Below are positions 31,456-45,780 of a stretch of 64,000 nucleotides of DNA, piece after piece; position 1 is the first letter of the stretch, and every line of letters begins with the position of its first letter. The position numbers and the translations under genes were made by a program. This DNA comes from the human T2T-CHM13v2.0 reference genome, Homo sapiens. Below the pieces are notes generated by a model. It saw nothing but the letters and a program-made list of their open reading frames with translations. It searched no databases and was not told the DNA's origin. Location: assembly GCF_009914755.1 (NCBI RefSeq), contig NC_060930.1; one strand, 5' to 3'.

Positions 31456-32614
31456 TAGATCAAAATTCTGAAGAGACATTTTCAAAGACAATAATTGGTA
31501 ATTCCCTTCTTTGAGGGGAAAGGAACACCATAGTGAAGATAGTTTGAGGTTAGTGTTCTCAATATCTATGATATCCCAAGTTGTTTGAAGAAATGACATA
31601 AAACTTTTTTTAAAGTGAATTTTTGTCAATATGCTTCCCCTTAATTGCAAATATGCCACAAAGCAGTCTTGCAAGAAAAGCCTTAGGGGCCTATCATGTT
31701 ATTAAATACAGTGTTCTGGAATTAGGAAACACTACCCCGTAGGAGTGAAAGCTTTGACTATAACAGAAACCTTGCTGAGGCTTCTCAAGCTTTAGACCTA
31801 CCTCAGGGGCAGCTATGAAATAGTTTAAAGACAACCACTTTTATTCTCTCTCTAATTTACCATTTTCTCCATTGAGGGAGGGTTAGGTGAAATTATAGTA
31901 TATCTTTAGAAATCCTATGTAGCTCTATTTCTCATTTGGAAATAGAGAATGCCATGGCCTTCAAAGCCTGGCCCATTCTTACTACCCAACACATGCTTAA
32001 TAAGCAGCACAGAAACAAGAAAGCCCACTGTGATCAGAGAGAGAATGAGAGCCACATTGCACCACTGATATGCCATATGGCTGCAAATCTAAAGGCTCTG
32101 AAAGATGCCGCAGTTGTATAAAGCCCTGAATACCTGCTTTCATTCCCAGTTAGAGTGTTCGAGCTATAATATATGGGCCATCCATTTATTAAAAGAGAGA
32201 GCTTACTTTGGCATGGGATAAATTGGTGCTTGTGGCAAGATGCTGTTTAATACAAAGGATGTCTCTTGAATTCCTTTCAGATCTGAGACCCACAGCTCAA
32301 GAGTGTTTGGTGTGTGTGTTTTAAAATTGCATGACTATTATACAATTCCTTTTCTTCAGCTGGCATGAGAAGGATATTCCCATCCTCTCTTTGCTCTGTT
32401 CTTTACTTCCTCAAAGCTGAGGCGGCAAAAACACTGCCAGCCTTATCCAGCTTTTCATGGAAAGCCGCCACTCTTAACTGGCGCCTAAATGCAATTTCAG
32501 ACTGTCCCAGGAGACCTTCATGCTTTGAGGTGAATTCATAACATTAGGGCCAACAAAGAAGTTAACACAAACTTTCACTGTTAAAGAAAAAGAAAAAAAA
32601 GTCTGCAGACTTAC

Positions 32615-32718
32615 TGAAGGAGCTCTGCTTCTGTGAGTGCCTCTGTCCTCTGCTCCCCAGTGACCATGGCCAGTTCATCCTTCAGTTCCTGGATTTCCTT
32701 TTGTAGGCGTTTAATCAC
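32615..32718 (-). CDS. KIF6: KIF6 coding exon, 104 nt, phase 0-2 (probably exon 10): VIKRLQKEIQELKDELAMVTGEQRTEALTEAELL(Q), neck coiled coil
   Basis: Heptad pattern. Acceptor tgccatttgtag|GTG, donor TCA|gtaagt. In frame with the 87-nt exon. Confidence 0.93.
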
Positions 32719-32858
32719 CTACAAATGGCAAAGAGGCAGAGAAAATGTCAACTTCTCATTAAGGTGAACTTGGTGACAGAGAACATACAGCTCTTAAAAT
32801 TATGGACAATTTTATGGACACAAAAATGGGTAATGGTATAAAAAGCCAGCTTTGTTAA

Positions 32859-33188
<330 letters not shown>

Positions 33189-33199
33189 TCTATAATTTT

Positions 33200-35600
33200 T
33201 TTTAAAACAAATAAAACATTACTGATGTAACTGGAACCCCCTATTGGTATCCCCCCTCCGTCCTTCCTGGGGTGATCACTGTACTGCATTTAAGGGGTCT
33301 GATTTCTCTGTGTGTTTTCATACATTTACTCCATATGTATGCATGTACTCATAAATAATGTAGTGTATCATTTTGCATGCCCTAAACTTTATGTAAATGT
33401 TACATTACTGCATGTAATTGCAACTTGTTTTTGTCCTTCACATTATGTTTTTAAGCTTATTTACATTGCTTCATGTGGCTCTAGTTCATTAATTTTCATG
33501 GATATATAGTATTTCAGTAAAGGAATATATCAGAATCTATTTGTCTCCTGTTGATGAACATTTAGGATTTTTACTTTTGCTATTACGAACAGTGTTGCTA
33601 TGAACATTATGAATCTCTTTGAGCACGTATGTAAGAGTTTCTCTGTAGTGTGCACTTTAGAAGTAGGATTTCCTGGCTGGAGAGTATGTGCATCTTGCCT
33701 TTATTATATATTGTTAAATTGCTCTTCAGAGTAGTACAAATTTACATTCCTATCAACTACAGATGTAAGTTCCTGTTTCCACATTTTTGTCACTATGTAA
33801 TATTGACAGGTACTTTCATTTTGCCAATCTGTTAGGTGTAAAATGATATCTCATTTTAGTTCTAATTTGCATTTTCATGATTATTTGTGCAGTAGGTCAT
33901 TTTGCATATGTATATTGGCAGTTTGGGTTCTTCCTTGCTCAAATTATTTATTCCCATTCTTGTCCATGTTTCCATTTACTTGTTTTTCCTTTCCTTATTG
34001 ATTTGGTAGCTTCTTTCTATATTCTGGATGTGAATCCTTCGTTAGTTTTATGCAATGCACCTGTTTTCTCTCAATCTCTGTCATGTTTTTCACTTTGCAG
34101 TGTTCTTTTTGTTAAATGAAAGTTCAGAATTTCAATATAATCTAATTAGCACCTTCTTCCTTTATGTGTTGTACTTTTGTGTCATTTGAAAGAAAATCTA
34201 TCTTATCCCAAATCATAGGAATATATTCTTATATGATCTTTTAAAAGTGTTAAAGGTTTGATTTTCACATTTAGGTGGATTTTACTTTGTATAAGGTATG
34301 AAATAGGGATCAAATTTTAATTTATTTTAAATGGCTAACCATACAAGATTTGCTATTATAATTATATAATATGTTTATATATATAAATGTGTCTATTTCT
34401 GGGCTATTGGTTAAACACATTTGTTTATTTTACTATATATGGCAATACCACACTAATTTAACTACTAAATCTTAAGAAAGTTGGCATCTAGATAAGATAA
34501 GCCCGTTTCATCCTGTTCTTTTCCAAAATAGACTTGGCTATTCTTGGCCATTTGCTCTTCCATGTACATTTTAGACCCAACTTGTCAAATTCTACCAAAG
34601 GCTCTCCTCAAATTTTAACTGGAATTATTACATTTAGTTAAAAGGTTAATTTCGTCAGACATCAAATTAATGATATTAAATTATCCCATCCATAAACATG
34701 GTATAGCTTTCCACTGATTCCTTTCAATAAGGATCTATAATTTTCTTTTTAAATACCTTACGTGTCTTTAATTATATTTTATATCAGGAATTTAAAAGTT
34801 TTTGTTGACACTGTAAATAGAATTTTTATAAAATTATATATTCTAACTGTTGGCTTCTGGCATATAGGAAGGCAACTCATTTTTATGTATGGATTACATA
34901 CCAAATAATTTTCTGAAACTTTGGGGGTTCTATTTATCATTAAATACTCTTGGATGTTCTATGTAAGCAACATAATTATCTGTAAGTAATGACAGATGTT
35001 TTTCTTCTTTTCTAATTCTTATATATCTTATTTCTTGTTATTGTCTCATTTTCCTAGCTAGGACTTCCAAGTTCAATTCTTAAGACATTCCTGTCTTATT
35101 TCTTCTAAAATTTCACCTTTAAAATGATGTTTTCAAAGTATGGTTGAATGTTTAATGTGCTCAAACACTTTTTCTGCAACTAGGGATGAAATAATATAAT
35201 TTCTTTCTTTAAACTCTGAATGTGATGAATCATATTAATTCATGTGATTAGTATTTTAGTATAAACCATCTCAGGCATATAAAATAGTATAAAAGAATAC
35301 CTTGTACCCACTACTTAGCTTAAGTGAACATCCATGTACCCTGTACTTAAGAAATAGAACATTACAGACCTGTCTGAAGACCTCACCCCTGCATAGTCTT
35401 CCCTGAATGAATTCCCCATTACCATTATCCTAAATTTTGTTTTAACTTTTCTCATTTTTTTCTTACAATATACATTGATGCATTCTCTAGTGATAGATTA
35501 CTTTGAATTCCCAAAATAAACCCAACTAGTTCATGATAGTACATGTCATATTAATAATCTTCCTATCATAATGCAAAATTCCTAAAAGAAAAAAATTAGC
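33200..35600 (-). mobile_element. Old L1 (L1M/L1ME) ORF2-3'UTR remnant
   Basis: Long T-rich stretch with antisense L1 motifs ('tatattctggatgtgaatcctt', 'tcttggccatttgctcttccatg', 'cccatccataaacatggtata'). Boundaries approximate. Confidence 0.75.
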
Positions 35601-35720
35601 AGGCTTGATCCAGCTTTCATCCTTTCTGGAATATTTGGTAGTACTCAAAACTTGAAAGAAAAACACCATAGGATCTGGTCTGTCCTTCCTTCCTTTCTTC
35701 CTCTTAGTAGCTTTACTTTC

Positions 35721-36013
<293 letters not shown>

Positions 36014-36949
36014 CGCTTTACTCATTTTCTAACTTCTTTTGCTTGGGGATTGTCAGACTAAAGGGGTTATGTAAATTTGAATTTCAAACCTACATGAGGT
36101 AGAGCTAGGGTTTCAAATTTTTCAAAGTAGTTTTCAGAAAAACTACTTTTTGTTTTACCTATAGTCCATTTGAAAGCGGACAAGCTGCCCTGACATCTCC
36201 ATATGGTAGTGGATAGATTTTTTTTTTTATAGTTGTCCCTTTTACTGGTTTTATGTTGGGGAAAAGAGAGGATGTCTTAGGTTCAGCATCCATCTTGCAA
36301 CATCCCAGGGCTTTAATCTCTATTCCTTTGCTACAACCTCCTTTACATCTCCACTCCAGGACAACTGCAGCCTCAGCTTAATTTTTGGGCCCTGGAGAAT
36401 TCCCTTACTTCCTTTCAACCTTACATATGTATTTCAAAGATGCTTAGGTATATAGGTGAGTTTCAGATTATTTGGGCCATATCAACAGGACCAGAAATCC
36501 CAAAGAACATGATATTGAGTATTTTGAACATGTCACTGTTCCTAGAATTTTACTGAAATGTATCGGATCATGTGGGTTTTGTTTGCTTCTTTTTTAAAAA
36601 TATTCTTAGGATCATCAATCTATACAGAATGAAAATCCTGAGATAGTAACTACATTGGCACCCTTCTCTATTAAACTAATATTGATGCCATATTTTCTAT
36701 TTTTACTAAGGCTTTTAAGTCAAATCTAATACCAAATTATTCTCCTGTCTTATTGAATAAAAATCTCAAAACTAAGCCAAGTTTTTTTGGTTTTGAGATT
36801 ACTACAGTTATGCCTCCCATCCAATTACTGAAGGAACCCTGGCATTAGAGACATCCTTAGGAGATTTGAGCTCATGCCCAGTCACCACAGGCTCTGGCCT
36901 TGTTCATAGTTCTTTTACCACCTTGTCTCTCTGAGGTACCAATACTTTT

Positions 36950-37336
<387 letters not shown>

Positions 37337-37689
37337 TAAATTTTAAAAGTAAGATATAGGAAATGCCACCCAAGTTTTGTCTTGAGTGGTTTGTAGGACA
37401 AATTCTCAACTGTCATTTGTGCCTCAGACAAGCTCTATACATAAAATGACTGACAGTAATGTCAGTTTTTAGAGGCAATTATAAAAGAGACCAGGAAACA
37501 ACACTTGTCAATTACCAGATTAATCTGCACCAGGAAGACCTCAACATTTGTTCAATTATCAGCTATTAGCTTTTGATTCCTGATTTCTCTTTTCTTCAAA
37601 TCTCTCACAGACCTATATCAAACACATAATAATGTTTACCTTTCTTCAAATTCTTCACATTCCTTCAAAGAAAAATCTCTAGCCAAATG

Positions 37690-37728
37690 CAAAAAACAAA
37701 CAAACAAACAAACAAACAAAAACAAAAC
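37690..37728. repeat. (CAAA)n tract, (TTTG)n on the KIF6 strand
   Basis: Read directly. Not attached to an Alu. Confidence 0.9.
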
Positions 37729-37729
37729 C

Positions 37730-37999
37730 CTCCAATGTCTAATATGTTTATTTTCCTTAAATTCTGAACTAGTTTTTGTCTTGGGGCTAATAACTTTGTT
37801 AACTCTCTTTCTCATTCAGCACTGTAATGCTATAGGGCTTCTGGAAGGGTAGGGACAGCAACAAAATCCACCCTAGCAGTTCAGTTCCACCTGAATCTTG
37901 ACTTTGCATGCTGTCTCCTCTCTCCAGCAGGAACACTGTGTGATGCTGATACCTGACCAGGGCCTTTGCTGAAACAGATCCTGCCTCACTCATTGGTTT
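37730..37999 (-). other. Candidate alternative terminal exon of KIF6: 66 codons, TAA at 37799-37801, AATAAA at 37747-37752
   Basis: Acceptor ctctgatggagttctcttctgcag|AAA CCA ATG is in phase with the upstream phase-0 donor. Contains track ORF 37799..37993. AATAAA is followed by a (TTTG)n tract. The 3' end is approximate. Confidence 0.5.
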
Positions 38000-38230
38000 C
38001 TGCAGAAGAGAACTCCATCAGAGGAGCTTGGTGCTTTCTGAGGCAAGAAGAACATAACAGACAGCCCCATTATTCCTTTGTCCTCCTTCCCCCTCTGTCC
38101 TTCCATGGGGAGAAAGAGGAGAAAGGACAAACAATCAAGAGGAAGTAATTAATATGGGTAACAATTAATTTGTTGGTTTTTTTTTGATTTGAGAAATTTA
38201 TAAGTGAAACACTGTTGGTAGGATTTCACT

Positions 38231-38232
<2 letters not shown>

Positions 38233-38270
<38 letters not shown>
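38233..38270. repeat. Pure T38 homopolymer
   Basis: Read directly. No adjacent SINE/LINE body. Confidence 0.95.
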
Positions 38271-38273
<3 letters not shown>

Positions 38274-38699
38274 GTGCAGATTACTAAGCCCCTACCAGCT
38301 TATTTTCTAGAGAAATAAGAAAAACTGAGTGATTTGAAAAATGATGCAATCTTAATTATGGAATTTGATACAATTGAGATAGTTTAACATTTTCAATGTT
38401 GGCATAAATGGATTCAGTGTTGCATTTCATTTACAGAAAACTAACAAAATAGAGAACAGAAAATATCTGCATTTATGATGAGCTAAATTATTACCATGTA
38501 AATTTTTTTGCTTAAAAACAGTTCTTTGATAAAGCAGGATTTACTGTTATAAAACTAGAAGTTTGACAGATCAAGCCAATAATGAATTTTAAAAAACTCT
38601 AGAACAAATAACAGAACAAGTATGTAAAATATGGTTCTACTGAATGGCTATTAGGACTTTTCTTTCTTTCTGAGCTTTTATATAAGATGGACTATTATT

Positions 38700-39070
<371 letters not shown>

Positions 39071-39169
39071 CTAAGTTCTGCATATAGATGTAATCATGTG
39101 TGGTTCTGTTGTATGAGTCCTTAGGATTCCCTGCATGTCTTTGAAGTGAAACAATGGGGAGCTGCAAGT

Positions 39170-39412
39170 AGGAAGAGCAAGTGGCTTTTGAGTTAGATTG
39201 CCTGCGTGTGAAGCCTGACTCTGCTACTTATTAGCACTTATGACTCTGAGCAAGTTATCAAACATCTTTTTACCTCAGTTTTGTCATCTTTAAGGTGGAG
39301 ATAGAGATAGCATCTACTCATAGGTTATTTAGAGGATTAAATGAGTTAATATGTTTCCACTACTTAGAACATTCCCAGTACAGAGCAAGTGCACCTACAA
39401 GTTTTAGCTAAT
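39170..39412 (+). mobile_element. MIR SINE
   Basis: 'ctcagttttgtcatcttt...ataggttatttagaggattaaatgagttaat'. Confidence 0.75.
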
Positions 39413-39462
39413 CTTTGATATACTTTAATATATTTTTTAAAATATCGTTAAAAGTTGCTTAC

Positions 39463-39549
39463 TAATCTGGGGTTAATTTCTTCATTAAGAACAGCTTCAT
39501 TCTTTATGAGTGCCACTCGCTGTGCAAATCTGCAGGTTGATATAGACTC
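39463..39549 (-). CDS. KIF6: KIF6 coding exon, 87 nt, phase 0-0 (probably exon 9): ESISTCRFAQRVALIKNEAVLNEEINPRL (helix alpha6 and neck)
   Basis: Resembles the kinesin alpha6 E-x-x-S-T-x-R-F-A-x-R pattern. Acceptor tgctttcttag|GAG, donor TTA|gtaagc. Confidence 0.95.
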
Positions 39550-39716
39550 CTAAGAAAGCAAAGTAACTTCTTAAAATATTATGGCATAGAGAGATATTTC
39601 TTTCTAGATAAAACTTATCTTTTATTCACAGAAAAAAGATACACACCTAAAAAGTGATGTGTATAAAACTCACAGTGAGGAACTATGCCCCTAAATTAGG
39701 AAGCTTTGCTCTAGAA

Positions 39717-40045
39717 CAACAGTCCCCAACCTTTTTGGCCACAAGGGCCTGGTTTTGTGGAAGACAATTTTTCCATGGACAGAGGGTGCAGGTGGTGTGG
39801 TTTCAGGATGAAACTGTTCCAACTCAGATCATCAGGCATTAGATTCTCATAAGGAGCGGGCAACCTAGATCCCTCGCATGTGCAGTTCACAATTGGGTTC
39901 ACGCTCTTATGAGAATCTAATGGCACCACTGATTTGACAGGCAGTAATGCTGGCTCCACCACCACTCACCTCCTGCTGTGCAGCTCAGCCCCTAATAGGC
40001 CACAGACCTGGTACTGGTCCATGGCTCGGGGGTCGGGGACCCCTG
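39717..40045. mobile_element. MER1B-like hAT-Charlie MITE
   Basis: TIRs CAACAGTCCCCAACC...GGTCGGGGACCCCTG. Perfect 8-bp TSD CTCTAGAA at 39709-39716 and 40046-40053. 329 bp. Confidence 0.9.
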
Positions 40046-40825
40046 CTCTAGAACATTATTTTTTAACCAAATTTTATTTTGGCTTAATAAAATTACCAAT
40101 GACAAAAAGTGAGAGATCACAAGGTCCTAAGTGGCAGCTGGTATAGTATGTGTTTTCAGTTGTTGATCACTTAGACCAGAACCACATATATAAATCATAA
40201 TCATAGCAAGAGCCATAATCCACACACATGAAAGATCACAAAATAAAGATTCATAATAGGTCAAAAAGAGAGGTTTGTCAAGGCATCTTACAATCAAAGT
40301 CTTGGCCTTGTTTCCTCTTCTGAGGAGTGTCTGGATTCCAAACATTAAACATCAGCTGACTCTAAAGCAACCCAGAAGAGCCATTCAGCAGCTGGCTCCT
40401 GCCAAAGCATCCTGGTTGCTTCACTCAGCAACATTTCTAGGGACACATCTCAGAGATATCTCCAAGGTATCCGGATCTTAGTCATCAGGGCAAAATCAAG
40501 CAAGAGAAGCGGATGGGTCAGCTCTCCCATTTCTTTGGGTGACATTGCCAACCCATCAGTAGGCCTTCCAAAATCTGTGTATGAGGCTTCTTCAAACTAT
40601 CCTGTGCTATGTGAAGTCAATTCTCAAATGGGGTTATTATAACAATGACCCACAAATAGCCCACAGCTATAACAAATAGCCCACAGCTGTGAACTCTGTA
40701 GGGTACTGCCCTCTGAAGGCATACCCAGCTGAAAATGTAGAAACCCACCCAAGAGCCTCAACTCCGTCTCACGTGCTAGCAGTAAAAACCTAGATTAAGA
40801 TCTCCAGAAAGAAGAGCCCACATAC

Positions 40826-40969
40826 ATCAAGATTCCTTTTCTCCAAGGAGAGTGTTGCAATCATAGTTGTCATGCAGTTCCCTCCCAAACTGTCTCTTAG
40901 GACACTGGTCATCATGGAGTTTCTATAAGGAATGTGCGAACGGTGCTTTTCTGAAAGGGCAATGATAAC
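40826..40969 (-). CDS. KIF6: KIF6 coding exon, 144 nt, phase 0-0 (probably exon 8): VIIALSEKHRSHIPYRNSMMTSVLRDSLGGNCMTTMIATLSLEKRNLD
   Basis: Kinesin HIPYRxS..LRDSLGGN motif. Acceptor ctttaccacag|GTT, donor GAT|gtatgt. In frame with the previous exon. Not in the ORF track. Confidence 0.96.
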
Positions 40970-41364
40970 CTGTGGTAAAGTAGAAAGATAATGGGATTAA
41001 TTTAGCAAGAAAATGCACTCCTGACAAACAACAGAGCTTCAATAGCAATAAAAATGCAAAAGGAAATAATAACTAAATGCACGGTGAAGCCCAAAACTTA
41101 AGTACAGAATAAATATCTTGACAACAATATTCAGTACAAGATGGTGAAGACTGAATAAAGTAAATGTAGTGTAACTGTAGCATTGTGAGCCCCATAATTT
41201 TTGGACAAATGAAATAACCTGTATAGAACTGGATACACTATTATTCTGTTTTTAACGATTGGAAAATTTGTATGAAAACACAAGAGTAAAACATGCCTGA
41301 TTACTTCAATTACTTTAATACTACCAAAATTGGGCTGTACACCAGTAAGCAAGAACTAAGGGAA

Positions 41365-41610
41365 ACAGTATAGGATAGTGGTTGAGGTCCCAGATTCTCA
41401 TGCAAGATTGTCTAGGTGCAAGTCCTGGCTTTCCTAGGGCACATCACTCAACATGCCTCAGTCTCCTCATCTGTAAAATAGGAATAAAAATAGTATCTAC
41501 CTCACAGGTAGTTGAGATGATTAAAAGAGTTAAAATGTGCAAATTATTTTGAATAGTACCTAGCCCATAACAAGTGCTGTATATAGGTTTGCTCCCATTG
41601 TAAGCAATGG
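41365..41610 (+). mobile_element. MIR SINE, near full length
   Basis: 'acagtataggatagtggttgag...cctcagtctcctcatctgtaaaatagg'. Confidence 0.85.
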
Positions 41611-41999
41611 GTAGTTGACCTTGGTTCAATTCAGGCTTGCTCACCTTACTCTTCATGAGTTCCTTAGGTACTTAATAGGAAGGTACTAGATAGATGGGTG
41701 GCAGATGGAGCAAAGGCTGCTGGGGTTGTCCCGAAAGGAGGCACCTGGGGCTCAGGGTTATCCCGGGCAGACAAATCCAGTGCTAGAATGTTCATTACAA
41801 AGCAGCAGGAATCAGCCACCCACAGGATGTGTCTTTAAGGGCATCACAAAGCCCTAGCTCCTGAGAATACCTCCGCCAATGCCTGTCATTGTTCTAGTCC
41901 TCCCTCCTTCCAGGTGTGTGATTTCCATCACCAGAACCTCCTCTACTCTTTTGGTTTACAAAACGAAAAGGGAGCATTGCTTTCTGAAGGCTGTTTTAA

Positions 42000-44045
42000 G
42001 CAACATATGTAACTATACCACTAGTCTCATTCTAAATTCATGACCACAGGTGTTGGTAAATTCAGTCATCCTGTGATCTCTCTCTCTCAAAAATCACTTT
42101 TCAGCTCTCAGAAATGAGACCTTCACACTTTTCTCCTTTTTCTTCAAACCTTTGTTCACCCTCTCGTCTCCTCAATTTCACTTCGAGCTGATGGCCACAC
42201 TTCTACTAGATATGATAGATATAGATTCGGAACCCTGACCAGGACTATCTCATGTCTCCATCATTAAATCCCCTGTACATTCTGCCCTTCACCTTCTTAT
42301 TGTCCTGCTCCTGTCTAAGGCCAGCCCTCCATCCTTGGCCTCATCTGCTCCCTCCTACTTTTCTCCTACAATTACCTCCTCTCTCTTCTGAATTAATTTC
42401 CCTTTCATCTGGACAATTCCCATTCTGCATGCCCACTACAGTCCTAAACTAAGATGGCTCTTGCCAAGGTCATCAGCAACCTTCATTGTACCAAGAGCAC
42501 TGATTGCCATCTTACTAGACTTCTGAGCTGAGTAAGCATGCAACACTGGTACTCACTGCCTCCCTTGGGAAACACTTTGTTCACGTGGTAACTGGGACAC
42601 TACACTTTCCTGGTTTTCATCTTTCCTCAAAAACTAGTTAATGAATGTTTCTTTTTTCTTATTCCCAAATTACAAACTTTGTAGTGCCCCGGGGCTCAGT
42701 TCTTGATCCTGTTTTCTGTCTTATCTACACTTTCTCCCTATGTAATCTCATCCAATCACCTGGCTTTAATTATTATTTAATTCATTTATTTATTTATTTG
42801 AGACAGAGTCTTGCTCTGTTAATGCTGAAGTGTGGTGGCACAATCTCAGCTCACTGTAGCCTTTGCCTCCTGGGTTCAAGTGAGCCTTGTGTCTCAGCCT
42901 CCGGAGTAGCTGGGATTACAGGCGTGCACCACCACACCCAGCTAATTTTTTGTATTTTTAGTAGAGTTGGGGTTTTGCTATGTTGGCCAGGCTGGTCTCA
43001 AACTCCTGGCTCCAGTGATCCACCCGCCTCGGCCTCCCAAAGTGCTAGGATTACAGGTGTGAGCCACTGTGCCCAGCCATTGCCTGGCTTTTAAATGCAT
43101 TTATATCCTGATGTCTTCCCAATTTATACCATCAATCTCAACCTCTTCCCTGTGCTACTATCATCTTGGCAACTCTACATCTCCATCTGGATTTCTATTC
43201 TTGATTTTCTTTCCTCTCTGCCCCCAAGCCTGATTCTTTCCCAGATCTCACCCATTATTATTAAGGCCCCAACATCAACCCGGTTGCTCAAGCCAAAACC
43301 TTAGGCAATCATCCTTGATTTGTCTTCATCCCCAATATCCAATCCATCAGCAATTTCTATTAGGTTTACCTATAAAACTTGCCAAGAATTGGACCACTTC
43401 TTACCACCACCACTCCAGTTCAAACCTCTGGGATCCCTTGCTTGGGAAACCACACACGCCTTGGATTAGTCTCCCTGCTTCTACTTTTGCCCTTCCACGA
43501 TCTGTTCTCCATACAGCAGCCAGAGAAATCTTCACACAATCTAAGTTATGCCAAGTTGCTCCCTAATACACTTAGCATAATATCCCAGCTCCTGTGTGGT
43601 CCATCCCTGTTCGACTTATCTGACATCATGTCCTGTCATGTTCCCTGGGCCTGTACTGGCCTTCTGACTGTTGATTCAGCCTGTCGAGCTTATCCCCACA
43701 TCAGAGCCTCTGAAATTGCTGTTCCTTCTGCCTAGCATGCTCTTGCCCCAGATTTCCATACAGCATACAGCTTTCTGCTTCCATTATTCACATCTTTGCT
43801 CAAATTTTGTTTTCTCACAAGGGCCTTCCCTGGACACCCTATCAAAAATAATAAACCTATCTCCAGCCTGTTAATCTTTTTTTATTTTTCTTATACTACT
43901 TATCACTATTTAAAATTATATTTAGGTACTTATTTGTTATCTGCTTCCCCTCTAGGCTTTCTGCTCTGCAAGGCCAGAGACGTTGTCTCTCTTCTTCATA
44001 GCTCGACCCCCACTGCGGAGAACAGTGCTCAGCACTTGCTAACAT
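42000..44045 (+). mobile_element. L2 LINE 3' portion, split by an Alu; the terminus resumes near 44500-44545
   Basis: C/T-rich L2 motifs ('ttgctcaagccaaaaccttagg', 'tgctgttccttctgcctagcatgctct', 'gccttccctggacaccctatc'). Boundaries approximate. Confidence 0.7.
42770..43078 (-). mobile_element. Alu (AluS/J-type) with (TTTA)n tail
   Basis: Antisense Alu. CCTGGCTTT repeated on both flanks. Confidence 0.93.
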
Positions 44046-44059
44046 GGCAGAAACAAAGC

Positions 44060-44495
44060 TGTCTCCCTCAGTTCTCGTGGCAGCCCTCATTCTAGTTTGA
44101 CTTCCTATGAAATTACTTTTCCTAGTTGTCTTGAAGGTCATGTTTTGCTTAAGATGTAGCTCCACCAAGCAGACAGCCTTATGTGGGGTTTGGAGGTGAG
44201 CAGTGAGAGGTGGTAGCCATAAGGAGGAACATCAGATCTGCGGGGGGCATGGTGGCAGAGGCATCTGGTTCTTCTGAGGCAGTTGCAGGGAAGTTTCTGG
44301 AATCCAGTGCCATGTGGCTATACAGTAGTACTTTGCAGAGCAGTTTAGTGGTGTGGTTAGGTGTGTCTCCTGGTTGCTCTGTGTAGCAGCCAAACCCAGT
44401 TTTCTGACTTTTCTTGAGATTCTTTATGTTTAATAAACCATGCTTCTTAAAATAGCTAGAGCAGATTTTCCAGTTTACAATTAAGAAATTTGACA
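44060..44495 (+). mobile_element. Old ERVL-type LTR (LTR16-like) inserted in the L2 3' end
   Basis: G-rich body ending AATAAA...cttaaaatagctagagcagatttt...acaattaagaa. L2 terminus continues afterwards. Family uncertain. Confidence 0.4.
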
Positions 44496-44962
44496 AATAT
44501 AAAATGTGCTCAACAAATTTTTGTTAAGTAAATCAATGAATGCATGAGAAGATTACTTAGTATGTCCTAGGAAGGCAGTATGAAGGTCATCAGCATGGAA
44601 TGAGGTTTGAGAGAACCAAGTTTCAGTGTAATTGGAAAGGAGGTGGGGAATATGGCAGACCCAAGTCAGAGTGGCAAGAGATGCCAAGCAGAACTCTAGC
44701 CTCTAAGAACAAAGAGGACAGATTAAGTATCTGAAACAGGCAAGGTGTGCCCAAATACCCAAACAGGGGCTGGGCTGACAGTTGTGCAGACAGTGTGGCA
44801 TTATTGCTTATAAATAATTTCTCTAAGTACTTTGAAGTTCTTATATAAAACAAATTCACTTTTTTTCCTGCTCTAGGAAACAATATTGATGTCTTTTCAT
44901 TCAATGGCTTTATTGACAACTTAGAGAACCTAAAGGAGAATATGCTTATTAAACTTCTTGAT

Positions 44963-45316
<354 letters not shown>

Positions 45317-45339
45317 CCTGTTGATATTAAATTAAATCA

Positions 45340-45780
45340 TGTGTTAGTAAACTTGCTTTTGGTTGCAAGAAACAGAAAATGTAACCCAAACTGGTTTTAA
45401 TTATAAGGGAAATTTATTGGTTCATGTGATTGAAACAGGAAAGGCTTTAGATTAGAAGGAAACAAAAGATTAATGCTACTATCAAGGACTTAGTTTTTGC
45501 CTATATCTCAGCTATATCTTCCATGTGGTAGAAGTCAGTCTCTTCTTGCGGCCCCACAATGGTTGCCAAAAGCCCTGATGTTATATACTTCCTTATTCAT
45601 AACTTAGGTGAGAAAGAATTCTTTTTCCCTAATCATTAAACAAAATTCCTGAGGTTCAGTAGGCATGAGCGTGGGTCCTGGGCCCATCCTTGAACTAATC
45701 ACTGTAGCCAGGAGAAAGACAGTCTCCAATTCACTTAGATAAGTCAGGATCTACCTGGGGCGCTGGGACGGGCTCCTGGC
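45340..45780 (-). mobile_element. MLT1-type MaLR LTR remnant
   Basis: 'ggttgcaagaaacagaaaa...ccaaactgg...gggaaatttattggttcatgtgattgaaa' is typical of the reverse complement of an MLT1 3' end. Confidence 0.6.

Noticed and set aside
42645-43094. Longest ORF (149 aa) and other ORFs containing [20 protein letters not shown]-type peptides
   Set aside because: Alu-derived translations, also at 10283, 15926, 22159, 29731, 32907, 36998, 44974, 46488 and 52392.
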